Below, piece after piece: positions 40,305-50,354 of a DNA stretch of 64,000 nt. The stretch covers positions 64,001-128,000 of the forward strand of contig CAXXHG010000036.1 of NCBI GenBank assembly GCA_963666315.2, read 5' to 3'. A model generated the notes under the pieces. The model was given only the letters and a program-made list of their open reading frames with translations. It ran no database searches and had not been told where the DNA came from. Positions within the stretch are counted from its first letter, which is position 1; each line of letters opens with the position of its first letter. The position numbers and the translations under genes are program-made. This DNA comes from Candidatus Binatia bacterium (GTDB lineage: Bacteria; Desulfobacterota; Binatia; Bin18).

Positions 40305-40944
40305 AGATAAGGCAGACCTGACTCAATACCAGCTGCTGGAGCTCCCACCTAGCTTCACCTTTCACTACGGAAACGCCTGGGAAGAGGCCAGTGGTGTGAT
40401 TCGTTTTGATGCGTGTCGCCGCAACGACGCTTCGGTTCTCTTTGGCGGCTTTCAGAACGTGATGCACGGTCGTACATTCAACCAAGGCGCGCCGTCGGAA
40501 TGCACCCAGATCACCCTCAACTTGCAAAAGGGAACGGCCAAAGAAGAGGTAGTAGGCGGAGAAACCGAATTCCCTCGGGTGGATGCGCGTGTCAGTGGAC
40601 GGCGAAATCGGTATGTGTATTACACCGTGCGCCAGCCCGACACTTCGACCCCGCATCCTTTATTCAACGCGGTGGCTCGGTACGACATGGAAACCGGTCA
40701 GCCTGAGACCTTCACGTATCCGGCACAGATCTGTGCAGAGGAGCATCTTTTCGTTTCTCGTCCCGGCGGTATCTCAGAAACAGACGGCTGGCTGTTTGGG
40801 ACAGGCCTAGATATCCACCAAGAAATTACACAAGTAGCGATATTTGATGCAGCCCGTCTTGCGGACGGTCCACTGGCTATCGTCCGCTTACCGTATTGGC
40901 TACCACTCGGATTTCGTGGGAATTTTGCTTCAGCTCAGGCATAA
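40303..40944 (+). pseudogene. Carotenoid-oxygenase family C-terminal fragment
   Basis: FHYGNAWE, EFPRVD, EEHLFV and DGWL motifs; LPLGFRG shows His-to-Arg at the last iron ligand; no N-terminal half. Confidence 0.8.
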
Positions 40945-41005
40945 TACGCGCACCCCGAAACGCACTGGGCGATCGACAATGCTGGAGTAAAGAAAGATTT
41001 TATAT

Positions 41006-41626
41006 ATGCCACGCGCTGCCAACCCAACATTACGAGAAGACATCCTGAAAGCTGCCTTACAGATCGTTGAAGAAAAAGGCGCAGCCGGACTCACCATGCG
41101 TGCGGTGGCCGGTGGGCTGGGTTATAGCGCCACTGCGCTCTACCAACACTTTGAGAGTAAAGAAAAGCTTTTGCTCGCACTAAAAATCAAGGCCGGAGAC
41201 TTGCTCACCCAAGAGATGGAACGTGCGCGCCAAGAACCTACACTAGAGGAACAGCTCTTCCAGATGGGGCGGCACTATATCCGTTTTGGCCTGGAAAATC
41301 CAACTTATTATCAACTCATTTTTCAAGATACGAGCCTCGACCTCGTTTGTACGCCAGAACAAACTGAACGCATGCGCCACAGTTGGTCTATCATGCGCGG
41401 TACCATACAGACCTGGGTCGAAGAGCGTGGTTTTCAAGGGATAGATGTCGATCAGGAAGCCAACGTCCTGTGGATGATGGTCCACGGACTCACCTCGCTT
41501 GCCCTAGCCGGACGTCTGCCCTCGGCTCAGCTTGACGACGTCTTTGCCCTGTTTGACCTCTCCGGCAGCCGCTGGATGGCAGGATTGTTGAGCGCCCAAC
41601 CACATATAAACGAAAGCCCATCTTAA
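41006..41626 (+). CDS. TetR/AcrR regulator with WHG-like C-domain
   Basis: LTMRAVA..LGYSATALYQHF HTH; WMMVHG. Confidence 0.93.
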   Translation: MPRAANPTLREDILKAALQIVEEKGAAGLTMRAVAGGLGYSATALYQHFESKEKLLLALKIKAGDLLTQEMERARQEPTLEEQLFQMGRHYIRFGLENPTYYQLIFQDTSLDLVCTPEQTERMRHSWSIMRGTIQTWVEERGFQGIDVDQEANVLWMMVHGLTSLALAGRLPSAQLDDVFALFDLSGSRWMAGLLSAQPHINESPS

Positions 41627-41716
41627 ACACCACGAAGTCCAAAACGAGTAACTTCGCATAAAACATGCGCCTTCGCACAAAACGTCTCGGCTACAGCCGA
41701 GAAGGAGGAAAGCCCA

Positions 41717-43111
41717 ATGAGTCGCCCATTTCCTGATGATCCGTTTCTCAAAGGTAATTATGCCCCCTGGCCTATGGAGGGTGAGGCGCACGATTTGGTT
41801 GTTCAGGGAGAAATCCCCCAGGAGCTTAATGGCACGCTGTATCGTAATGGATCAAATCCCCAATTCGCTCCGCGCGGACGCTACCACTGGTTTGACGGCG
41901 ATGGGATGATTCATGCGTTTACACTCGGTGATGGCAAAGCGCATTATCGCAATCGCTGGGTGCGGACAGAACGCTTCAAGCTTGAACGAGAGGCTGGCGA
42001 AGCCCTGTTTGCCGGACTGAGCGATCTGAGCAATACGGATAAACGCGTGGAAGGTGTTTTTCCAAACGCCGCCAATACCAATATTATTTTCTACGCCGGT
42101 AAACTCTTAGCCCTGTGGGAAGGCGGCCCTCCGTACGAGCTGGATCCTGCTACACTCGACACCATCGGACTATACGATTTTAACGGCAAGCTGCAGGGTG
42201 CCATGACCGCGCATCCCAAGGTCGATCCTGAAACTGGAGAATTGCTCTTTTTCGGCTATGGCCCGTTTCCCCCTTACCTGCGCTACGATGTGGCATCAGC
42301 GGACGGCGACATCATCCGCAGCCAAGAAATTGATATTCCCGTCCCGACCATGATGCACGATTTTATTACCACCCGAGAGCACGTGATCTTCATGGTCTTT
42401 CCAGCAACCTTGCGGCCGGAGAATCTCACATCCGGTTCACCCATACGCTGGGAGCCTGAACTCGGCACCCGCATCGGCGTCATGCCACGGGACGGAGACA
42501 GTGACGATATCGTCTGGTTCGAAACCGACCCATGCTTTGTCTTTCATCCCATGAATGCCTACACCGAAAACAATCGGGTGATAGCCGACGTATGTCAGTT
42601 CCGCCACCTGCCGCTGTTCGACGTAGAGGGCGAGGACGGACAAACTAACGTCCCTGTCTTAACCCGCTGGACGCTGGATCTTGAGTCCAAGTCGATCACA
42701 ATGGAACCGCGCGACGATCAAACCTGTGAGTTCCCGCGACTAGACGAACGCTACACCGGCCTGCCCTATCGCGCGGGTTATGCTGCCGGCAACCGTAGCG
42801 CTGCATCTCTGGTCGATGAACCGTTTAACGCAGTGGTCCGATACGATCATGCAAGCGGTCAGTCGCACGTCCACGAGTTCGGGCCAAGCAGTTTTACATC
42901 TGAGCCGATCTTTGTGCCGCGCTCAGAGTCTGCCGCAGAAGGAGAAGGCTTTCTCCTCGTTGGCGTGTACCGAAAAGAAGAGCACCGCAGCGACTTGGTG
43001 ATTCTCGACGCAGAGAACATCGAAAGCGAACCGCTGGCGACCGTCCAACTACCACACCGTATTCCGTATGGCTTTCACGGCAACTGGGCAGACGGGTTGT
43101 CGGTGGAATAG
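41717..43111 (+). CDS. Carotenoid/lignostilbene cleavage dioxygenase (RPE65 family)
   Basis: HWFDGDGM and four iron His ligands (TAHPK, MMHDF, VFHPMN, YGFHG). Confidence 0.95.
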   Translation: MSRPFPDDPFLKGNYAPWPMEGEAHDLVVQGEIPQELNGTLYRNGSNPQFAPRGRYHWFDGDGMIHAFTLGDGKAHYRNRWVRTERFKLEREAGEALFAGLSDLSNTDKRVEGVFPNAANTNIIFYAGKLLALWEGGPPYELDPATLDTIGLYDFNGKLQGAMTAHPKVDPETGELLFFGYGPFPPYLRYDVASADGDIIRSQEIDIPVPTMMHDFITTREHVIFMVFPATLRPENLTSGSPIRWEPELGTRIGVMPRDGDSDDIVWFETDPCFVFHPMNAYTENNRVIADVCQFRHLPLFDVEGEDGQTNVPVLTRWTLDLESKSITMEPRDDQTCEFPRLDERYTGLPYRAGYAAGNRSAASLVDEPFNAVVRYDHASGQSHVHEFGPSSFTSEPIFVPRSESAAEGEGFLLVGVYRKEEHRSDLVILDAENIESEPLATVQLPHRIPYGFHGNWADGLSVE

Positions 43112-43157
43112 GCAGCAGTAGGGAGACTTGAGGGGGAGGACGCCATGAGGGCTTGTG

Positions 43158-43391
43158 TCATGGACGATCCTTCACCCGCATAGAACGAAGCGTCACCGCA
43201 TTGACCGGTGGCATCTTCGTCCGCAGGTTCAGTAAGGCATCCATCGCCTGTGCCCGGCGTTCTCGAAGCTGCTGCGCTTCTACAGCGTCACTCATGAGTC
43301 GTGCGATGATCGCACTTTTATTCTCTTTGGCGAAAGTTCTATTAAAAGCGTCTCGAACTTCATCGGGGATACTGAAACACACCCTAGCCAC
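43158..43391 (-). CDS. RHH-type (VapB-like) antitoxin; no toxin downstream
   Basis: FSIPDEVRDAFN..F...NKSAIIA.LM pattern; GGAGG RBS. Confidence 0.65.
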   Translation of the reverse strand: MARVCFSIPDEVRDAFNRTFAKENKSAIIARLMSDAVEAQQLRERRAQAMDALLNLRTKMPPVNAVTLRSMRVKDRP

Positions 43392-43484
43392 TATTCCTCC
43401 ATGAGCTGAAATTGTAAAACACGCTCGTAAGGCATCTTATATCGTTTCTGCTTGATGCCTATCCAGCAGTGTCGTAAGAGCTCG

Positions 43485-43568
43485 CCCTTCGACAAGCTCA
43501 GGGTGAGCGGGCCTGGCTTCTTCTGGAGCGGGTCCCCGTTCGTGCTGAGCCTGTCGAAGCAGGAACGG
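43485..43568. repeat. Palindromic intergenic repeat (CCCTTCGACAAGCTCAGG family)
   Basis: Sister of 2876-2978. Confidence 0.8.
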
Positions 43569-43722
43569 GGATGTACAACGATCAGATAGAAACTGTCTTA
43601 TAACACTTCTGATAAGAAAGCCGTGTTCGGCCCAAGTCGTCCTGAGCAACGCGAAGGATCTCGCCCAGAACAGTAAAAGCAGCGCCTTGACCAGCCTTCT
43701 CTAAAGCAGCCATGTATAAGGC

Positions 43723-44466
43723 ATGAATTCTCACAAAGGAGAGGGGTGGTGGTTTAGTCTTTTCTTCCTACTTGTCTGTGCTCCCGCAGCCCTCGCCTAT
43801 CAAGAAATCACGGTTGAGCACGCCGGGGCCATAGCCGGTCGAGTGATCTTCGACGGCGAAGCCCCACAGCCCCGCTTTCTGCCGGTACACAAAAATAGAG
43901 CGATCTGCGGAGAGCGTGTGTCAGATGAAAGCCTGCTCGTCGGTCCGGACGGCGGTCTCAAGAACGTCGTCATTGTGCTCGACGGCATAGCCGCAGGCAA
44001 ATCACCGTCGGTCACGCCGGCCGTTCTCGACAATAAACACTGTGCCTTCGTCCCGCGTGTGCTCACCCTGACCGTGGGCCAAGCCCTTGAGTTGCGCAAT
44101 AGTGACCCTATCCTGCACGACGCCCACGCGCGCATACATGGATATAAGACCCTTTTCAACCTGGGCCTACCGGAGTGGTCGCGCAAGACCTATCGCTTTG
44201 AACAGCCGGGCCGGGTGCTTATTGATTGTGACGTCCTGCATACCTGGATGCAGGCGTATGTCATTGTCGCCGAACACCCCTATACTGCGGTCACGGATTC
44301 AGGCGGTAGTTTCTCTCTACAAGAAGTTCCTCCTGGCACCTACACTATACGTGTCTGGCACGAGCAACTCGGCGAACAGACTACTCGGGTGGCCGTTCAG
44401 GCCGACCACACAGCCACCCTCCGACTTAGCTATACACTCAGGCTGCAACACGATAAGGGAGAATGA
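43723..44466 (+). CDS. Exported cupredoxin-like / carboxypeptidase regulatory-like domain protein
   Basis: Signal peptide; NSDPILHD, CDVLHTWM and VPPGTY..VWHE motifs. Confidence 0.8.
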   Translation: MNSHKGEGWWFSLFFLLVCAPAALAYQEITVEHAGAIAGRVIFDGEAPQPRFLPVHKNRAICGERVSDESLLVGPDGGLKNVVIVLDGIAAGKSPSVTPAVLDNKHCAFVPRVLTLTVGQALELRNSDPILHDAHARIHGYKTLFNLGLPEWSRKTYRFEQPGRVLIDCDVLHTWMQAYVIVAEHPYTAVTDSGGSFSLQEVPPGTYTIRVWHEQLGEQTTRVAVQADHTATLRLSYTLRLQHDKGE

Positions 44467-44490
44467 ATTCTTTTGAGGACTGGAGCACCT

Positions 44491-45186
44491 ATGTCGAACG
44501 ATTCTGTCCACTACGCACTACACGAGACCATCGCCGTCATCCGTCTCGACGACGGCAAGGCCAACGTCGTCAGTCAGGCCTTGATCAATGGTCTGACGGC
44601 AGGGCTGGCGAGAGCCGCCCAAGAAGCCCAAGCCGTTATTTTGACTGGTCGGCCGGGGCGTTTTTCGGCTGGATTTGACCTGTCCGTCTTGAACTCCGGA
44701 CCGGATGCCGCACGTGCGCTGGTCACAGCCGGTGCCGAGATGCTGCTCAAGATCTTTACCCATCCTCAACCGGTGATCGCAGCCAGCACCGGCCACGCTA
44801 TTGCGGCGGGGGCCTTTATCCTCCTAGCGTCTGATACGCGTCTCGGAACTGAGGGGGATTTTAAAATCGGCCTGAATGAAGTCGCGATCGGCATGACCCT
44901 GCCCGAGTTTGGCATGATGTTCGCCCGGGAACGGCTGTCCAAACGCCATTTCACCAACGCCGCCATTCAGGCGCGTCTGTATAATCCAACAGATGCGGTT
45001 GATGTGGGTTTCTTGGATCGTGTGTGTTCAGCCGGTACGCTCTTAGACGAGGCGTTGACCGAAGCCCGCCAGCTCGCAAAACTCGACCTGCCATCCTATG
45101 CACGCACCAAAGAACGCGCCCGGGGTGCCCTGGCAGAGCGAGTCCGCATGGGTTTGGAAGAAGATCTGGCGCAGTTGATGGCTTAG
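44491..45186 (+). CDS. Crotonase/enoyl-CoA hydratase family
   Basis: DDGKAN, FSAGFDL, GHAIAAG and GLNEVAIG motifs. Confidence 0.9.
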   Translation: MSNDSVHYALHETIAVIRLDDGKANVVSQALINGLTAGLARAAQEAQAVILTGRPGRFSAGFDLSVLNSGPDAARALVTAGAEMLLKIFTHPQPVIAASTGHAIAAGAFILLASDTRLGTEGDFKIGLNEVAIGMTLPEFGMMFARERLSKRHFTNAAIQARLYNPTDAVDVGFLDRVCSAGTLLDEALTEARQLAKLDLPSYARTKERARGALAERVRMGLEEDLAQLMA

Positions 45187-45197
45187 GCTATATGGGA

Positions 45198-45229
45198 TGT
45201 CGGATTACGCTCCGCTCATCCGCCCTACG
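45198..45229 (-). repeat. GTAG-type REP hairpin
   Basis: Reverse complement CGTAGGGCGGATGAGCGGAGCGTAATCCGACA. Confidence 0.8.
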
Positions 45230-45280
45230 GGCTTCGCCTTGGGCGCAGACAGAGATACACCATTCGCCCGGGCTTGCGCA

Positions 45281-45450
45281 TCAGGCTTGCACGGGCTCCA
45301 ACTCCGGCAAAAGCGCCTGAGCCGCTTGGTGGTCCGCCGTGTCTAACCCCTCGCTGAACCAGGTATAGATATCGGACAGGAGCTGCTGGGCGTCTTCGTG
45401 TTTGTCCTCTTGCTGCCACAGTCGAGCTAAACTCAGGACGGCGCGCAATT
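45281..45450 (-). pseudogene. C-terminal remnant of an AAA-ATPase/adenylate cyclase TPR protein
   Basis: LRAVLSLARLWQQ...LLSDIYTWFSEGLDTAD...A.ALL motif. Confidence 0.7.
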
Positions 45451-45584
45451 TCGGCTGCGCCGCTCGGCTCACCTGTGGCAGCAAGGAGCTTGATCGCGAA
45501 AACCCTTATACGCAACAAAATCCTAAACAGATAGAAACCTGGCAAGTTTAGTAGAATGTATCGAATGGGGAGGTCGGTCGGTCC

Positions 45585-47189
45585 CTACCTCGCGCGCAGT
45601 TTGTAACGCTGGATCTTACCGGTGGCCGTCTTGGGAAGATCAGGCACGAATTCGACCCAGCGGGGATATTTGTGTGGCTGGCTGCGTTCTTTCACAAATA
45701 TGCGGAGTTCTGTGGCCAGCGCCTCGGAAGCTGTTTGGCCTGCTTTGAGCACCACAAAGGCTTTGGGTTTGACAAGTTTGTTCTCATCCTCCCAGCCGAC
45801 GATGGCCGCCTCTAGAACAGCAGGATACTGCAACAAAATACCCTCGACTTCGGCTGGGGAGACCCACTGGCCTGAGACTTTGAGCATGTCGTCGGCTCGG
45901 CCGCAGTAGATGAAATAGCCGTCTTCGGCTTGGCTATAGGTGTCGCCGGTGTTGATCCACTCGCCGAGCATGGTCTCAGCCGTCTTGTCCGGATTATTCC
46001 AGTAACACGCTGCGCCGGATTGACCCTTAATCAGCAGCCGTCCGATATCCGTCTGGCTTACAGGACTGCCAGTGTCATCCACTATTTTTGCTTCATAGCC
46101 CGGCACCAGGCGGCCGCTCGTGCCCGGCTTATAGTCGTCCAGACGATTGGAAATAAAAATATGCAGTAGCTCCGTAGATCCAATGCCGTCAAGAATCGTC
46201 AGGCCAGTGTGTTCCTGCCAGCGGCGCAAGACTGCGGCCGGCAGCGCCTCTCCGGCAGACACACAGGCACGCAGAGAAGAGCAGTCGCGCGGTGTCTTCT
46301 CTAGTGCTAGCAACTGGGCGGCATACAGTGTCGGTACGCCAAAATAGAGCGTGGGCCGAAATCGCTCGATCAGCTCAAACGTCACATCTGGTGTGGGGCG
46401 TTGATCAGTCAAGAGTGCTGTTCCGCCCACCCAGAGCGGAAAAGTCATGCCGTTGCCGAGACCGTAGGCGAAGAAGAGCTTGGCTGCAGAAAAGCACACA
46501 TCGGCGGCAGTCATCCCCAGCACGCCCACCGCATACTGCACGCAGGTGACGACCATGTCACGCTGGCGGTGCACCACACCTTTGGGTCGCCCGGCAGAAC
46601 CCGAGGAATACAGCCAAAAACAGTCGTCGTCCGGCGCTGCAAGCGCTGGTTCTAAATCCACAGAAGCAGACTGCATACGACTCAGCACGTCCGCGTCACC
46701 GCCCTCGACCTGCAGGGCCATCGGACTTGCAGGACTTGCCGGGCTTGTCGATTTTGGCCGTACCGCCGCCAAAGCCGGCTCAACCATATGCGCGTATTCC
46801 GCCGAGTATACGACCAGGGCACAGCCGGAGTCGGCGATCATATACTGATAGTCAGCCATACCGAGTAAAGTATTGACCGGGACAGGAATCACGCCGGCCT
46901 TGATCGCGCCCCAAAAGAGATAGAAAAACTCCGGGCAGTCTTTGACTATCATGAGCATACGCTCGCCCGCAGCGATCCCTACAGAATGGAGGACATTGCC
47001 GCAGCGATTAACTCGCTCAGCCAGCTGGCCATAGGTCACCTGACCGGTTACGGTCCGAATCGCAATCTCGTCCGCGCGGCCCTCATCTAGATGGCGGTCG
47101 ATAAAGGGGATAGCGACATTAAAGCTCGGGGCATACTGAATGCTCGGCGGCGAGCTTGTGTGATCAACGCTGACCGTATTCGACTGCAT
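45585..47189 (-). CDS. Benzoate-CoA ligase family
   Basis: LYSSGSAGRPKG, AKLFFAYGLGN, DGIGSTE and TATGKIQR motifs; adjacent to boxB. Confidence 0.92.
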   Translation of the reverse strand: MQSNTVSVDHTSSPPSIQYAPSFNVAIPFIDRHLDEGRADEIAIRTVTGQVTYGQLAERVNRCGNVLHSVGIAAGERMLMIVKDCPEFFYLFWGAIKAGVIPVPVNTLLGMADYQYMIADSGCALVVYSAEYAHMVEPALAAVRPKSTSPASPASPMALQVEGGDADVLSRMQSASVDLEPALAAPDDDCFWLYSSGSAGRPKGVVHRQRDMVVTCVQYAVGVLGMTAADVCFSAAKLFFAYGLGNGMTFPLWVGGTALLTDQRPTPDVTFELIERFRPTLYFGVPTLYAAQLLALEKTPRDCSSLRACVSAGEALPAAVLRRWQEHTGLTILDGIGSTELLHIFISNRLDDYKPGTSGRLVPGYEAKIVDDTGSPVSQTDIGRLLIKGQSGAACYWNNPDKTAETMLGEWINTGDTYSQAEDGYFIYCGRADDMLKVSGQWVSPAEVEGILLQYPAVLEAAIVGWEDENKLVKPKAFVVLKAGQTASEALATELRIFVKERSQPHKYPRWVEFVPDLPKTATGKIQRYKLRAR

Positions 47190-47200
47190 TGTTGGTGCCT

Positions 47201-48631
47201 TTAGTTGCTCGGAAATCCAACGTAGGAAAAGTCTGTCGGCTGGCCATTAATCCCCCGCGTCGGTTGGGCTATCCACGTAGCCATGGCACCAGGCGCAGTC
47301 ACCGGCTGCATAAGAGAGGTCACAAATTCGTGATCGCTTGCAGTCGGCAACCAATCCGAGACGTGATCGGCCCAAACTTCTTTGCTCACAATTTCCCCTT
47401 CGGGCGAGACACACACAGCGGCAAAAGCACCAATCTGGCGGTAAAACCCCCGATGCGGCAGGGTGAGCGTATAATCGAGGCCATGTTGGTCAAGCACTTT
47501 ATTCCATCGATCCAGGCCGCGCTGGGTGTCGGTGATGTAATCGTCACGCAAGCGTTCATTGATAGCCAGCAGTGCCGGTTGCTCTTCACACACAATGACC
47601 TCGTCTTTGGGCACATAGACCGGCCAGGTTGTGTCCACGAGCCGGTGGTCGTCGCTGATACGTGTTTCGCGGTAGCGGCCTTTCAAGCCAGTCGTAAAAT
47701 AATTAGCCGCATTGGTCGAACGCTCCTGGCCGAAGAGGTCGATCGAGATACTATAGTGAAAGTTGATAAAACGCTGCAGCGTCAGCAGGTCTATCGCCCC
47801 AGCCGCACGGATACGTTCCGGGTCATCCGTCTTGAGCTCATTCATGCGTTCACACGTGCGTTGGACGATACGCATGATGCCGGCTTCGCCTACAAACATA
47901 TGATGCGCTTCTTCGGTCAGCATGAATTGACACGTGCGGGCCAAGGGATCGAAGCTCGATTCGGCCAGCGAGGCGAGCTGATACTTGCCATCTCGATCCG
48001 TGAAGAAGGTAAACATGAAGTAAGCCAGCCAATGCGGCGTCTTTTCATTAAAAGCGCCCAGAATGCGCGGCTTATCCTGATCGCCCGAGTGACGCTCGAG
48101 CATCATCTCCGCTTCTTCGCGTCCATCCCGACCGAAATAGGCGTGCAGCAAATAGACCATGGCCCATAAATGGCGGCCTTCTTCTACGTTGATCTGAAAC
48201 AAGTTGCGCAGATCGTATAGCGACGGGCAGGTGGAGCCGAGCTGGCGTTGCTGTTCGACTGACGCCGGCTCGGTATCGCCTTGGGTCACAATCAGCCGAC
48301 GCAGCGAACTGCGATATTCGCCTGGGACCTCCTTCCAGGCCGGCTCTCCAAGATGGTCACCAAATGAGATCGTCCGCTCTGCCTGAGGCGGGGCCAAGAA
48401 AATGCCCCAGCGATAGTCGGGCATTTTGACATAGCCAAAATGCGCCCAGCCGTCGGACTCTACACTGATTGCGGTGCGCAGATAGACGTCGAAGTCTTGC
48501 GCCCCCGCTGGCCCCTGGTCGTTCCACCAACGTAAATAATTCGGTTGCCACGACTCCAGCGCCCGTTGTAGACGGCGGTTGTCAGCCAGCGCGACGTTGT
48601 TCGGAATCCGCTCATTATAATCGATAGGCAT
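47201..48631 (-). CDS. boxB: Benzoyl-CoA 2,3-epoxidase oxygenase subunit
   Basis: IDYNERIPNNV, QGDTEPASVEQQ, VEEGRH, TDRDGK and TEEAHH di-iron motifs. Confidence 0.97.
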   Translation of the reverse strand: MPIDYNERIPNNVALADNRRLQRALESWQPNYLRWWNDQGPAGAQDFDVYLRTAISVESDGWAHFGYVKMPDYRWGIFLAPPQAERTISFGDHLGEPAWKEVPGEYRSSLRRLIVTQGDTEPASVEQQRQLGSTCPSLYDLRNLFQINVEEGRHLWAMVYLLHAYFGRDGREEAEMMLERHSGDQDKPRILGAFNEKTPHWLAYFMFTFFTDRDGKYQLASLAESSFDPLARTCQFMLTEEAHHMFVGEAGIMRIVQRTCERMNELKTDDPERIRAAGAIDLLTLQRFINFHYSISIDLFGQERSTNAANYFTTGLKGRYRETRISDDHRLVDTTWPVYVPKDEVIVCEEQPALLAINERLRDDYITDTQRGLDRWNKVLDQHGLDYTLTLPHRGFYRQIGAFAAVCVSPEGEIVSKEVWADHVSDWLPTASDHEFVTSLMQPVTAPGAMATWIAQPTRGINGQPTDFSYVGFPSN

Positions 48632-48634
48632 GCC

Positions 48635-50353
48635 TTATACCCTTTGTTTATTGAAACGACTCTTTTCGCCTGTCCCATACAGCGTGAGCGCCCCATCGTT
48701 GCCCACGGCATTCGGCCTTTGGAAGATCCAGTTCTGCCAGGCACTCAAGCGGCCGAAAATTTTGGTCTGCATGGTTTCTTGACCGGCAAAACGCAGGCTG
48801 GCCTCCATGCCAGTCAGCGCGTCCGGTGAGAAACTTGCCCGCTCCTCTATAACCAGTCTGACCTCATCCTCCCAATCGATGTCATCCGGAATAAAAGTCA
48901 CCAGCCCGAGCGACTCTGCGGTCTCGGCATCAAGGTCTTGTCCGATGTGAACTTGCAATGCAGCAACACGATCCGAGTCGGCAGGAAAACGGCTCTCCAG
49001 ACGTGTTAACGCGTTTGCCATAGGCAGCGGCCCAAAATTCAGCGGCGTTAAACGAAGGCTGGCTGGAGGCAGATCACTGTCTTCAAACCTGCCGGCCAAC
49101 ATATATGATCGATCAGCCGCCAAGACCAACTCCAATAAGCTCCCGACAAAGCAACTGCCGGGCTCAATCAGAGCAATCAGACTGCGCGCGCTCACGTCCA
49201 AGCGCTGCAAAATCCGCTTGAGGTAGAGAATGATCTCACGCACCAGCCAGTCGGTGTGATGCTCACCCAGGAGCGTATCCACGGCCTCGACTAAGGCTGA
49301 ATCTCCGGTTGTACGAAATACCCACGTCCCAATATCGCCCTCGTTGAGTCGTAAGTGCAGAATAGCGTCGTCGAGTTCACGCGCCAGGGCCAACGGCCAA
49401 AAATCGGCACCTGCGGCATGGATGGCTTCCAGCGATTGTGGCACTGCTTCATGTGGTGCGGAAATCGTGAACGACGCGGTCCTCAGATCACGATCAATTG
49501 TGATCTGTACATGATCGTAGTGAACGGCATTCGGCTCCAAAGACCGCGACAGCGGCGTTAAGACAATCCCCGTCGCGTCAGTGGGTCGATCCGACTGGGC
49601 GACGAATGCGCGCGCGCGCGCTTGGACGATCTCCTCGAAGCCTGAGCGTGGGGCCAGCTCGTCGACAAACTTCCACTCAAGCGCCCGTTTGCCGCGTATG
49701 CCCTCAGACCTGGTACAAAAGAAATCGGCATGATCACGCCGCACATAACGTTTGTCCACCAGACGGGTCAGTCCGCCCGTGCCGGGCAGGACGGCCAAGA
49801 GGGGCAGCTCAGGCAGAGACACCGCACTTGATCCGTCATCAATGAGAATAATGTATTCACAGGTGAGAGCTAACTCGTACCCGCCACCTGATGCCGCTCC
49901 GTTTAGCGCACACAGATAGATCTGCCCGGAATACGCACTCGCGTCTTCAATGCTACCCCGTGTTTCATTGGTGAACTTGCAGAAATTTACCTTATGCGCG
50001 TGTGACGATTGGGCCAACATTCTTATATTCGCACCGGCACAGAAAATACGGGGTTTATCCGAACTCAGCACAACGGCGGCGACTTCAGGATGCTCGAAGC
50101 GTAAGCGCTGAACCGCGTCATAGAGTTCAATATCGACCCCAAGATCGTACGAGTTGAGTTTCAACTCGTAGCCGGGAACGAGTGGCGCATCTTCTTGCAC
50201 ATCCATCCTCAAGCTGGCTACACGTCCATCCAGCGTGAGCTTCCAGTGCCGATAGGAGTCCGGATGGGTCGCGAAATCAATACGACTTTCCGTGCTCATT
50301 TCTGTACTCGTGGAAGACGCCTTTTCTGCCTGCCGTACATCACGCGTATCCAT
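48635..50353 (-). CDS. boxC: 2,3-epoxybenzoyl-CoA dihydrolase
   Basis: LKLNSYDLGVDIEL, HKVNFCKFTNETR and LSAWQNWIFQRPNAVG motifs. Confidence 0.97.
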   Translation of the reverse strand: MDTRDVRQAEKASSTSTEMSTESRIDFATHPDSYRHWKLTLDGRVASLRMDVQEDAPLVPGYELKLNSYDLGVDIELYDAVQRLRFEHPEVAAVVLSSDKPRIFCAGANIRMLAQSSHAHKVNFCKFTNETRGSIEDASAYSGQIYLCALNGAASGGGYELALTCEYIILIDDGSSAVSLPELPLLAVLPGTGGLTRLVDKRYVRRDHADFFCTRSEGIRGKRALEWKFVDELAPRSGFEEIVQARARAFVAQSDRPTDATGIVLTPLSRSLEPNAVHYDHVQITIDRDLRTASFTISAPHEAVPQSLEAIHAAGADFWPLALARELDDAILHLRLNEGDIGTWVFRTTGDSALVEAVDTLLGEHHTDWLVREIILYLKRILQRLDVSARSLIALIEPGSCFVGSLLELVLAADRSYMLAGRFEDSDLPPASLRLTPLNFGPLPMANALTRLESRFPADSDRVAALQVHIGQDLDAETAESLGLVTFIPDDIDWEDEVRLVIEERASFSPDALTGMEASLRFAGQETMQTKIFGRLSAWQNWIFQRPNAVGNDGALTLYGTGEKSRFNKQRV

Positions 50354-50354
50354 A

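Noticed and set aside
47189-48169. Long antisense ORFs (326 aa here; 352 aa at 12462-13520; 237 aa at 24630-25343)
   Set aside because: They are shadows of boxB, ilvD and the LLM gene, with no recognisable motifs
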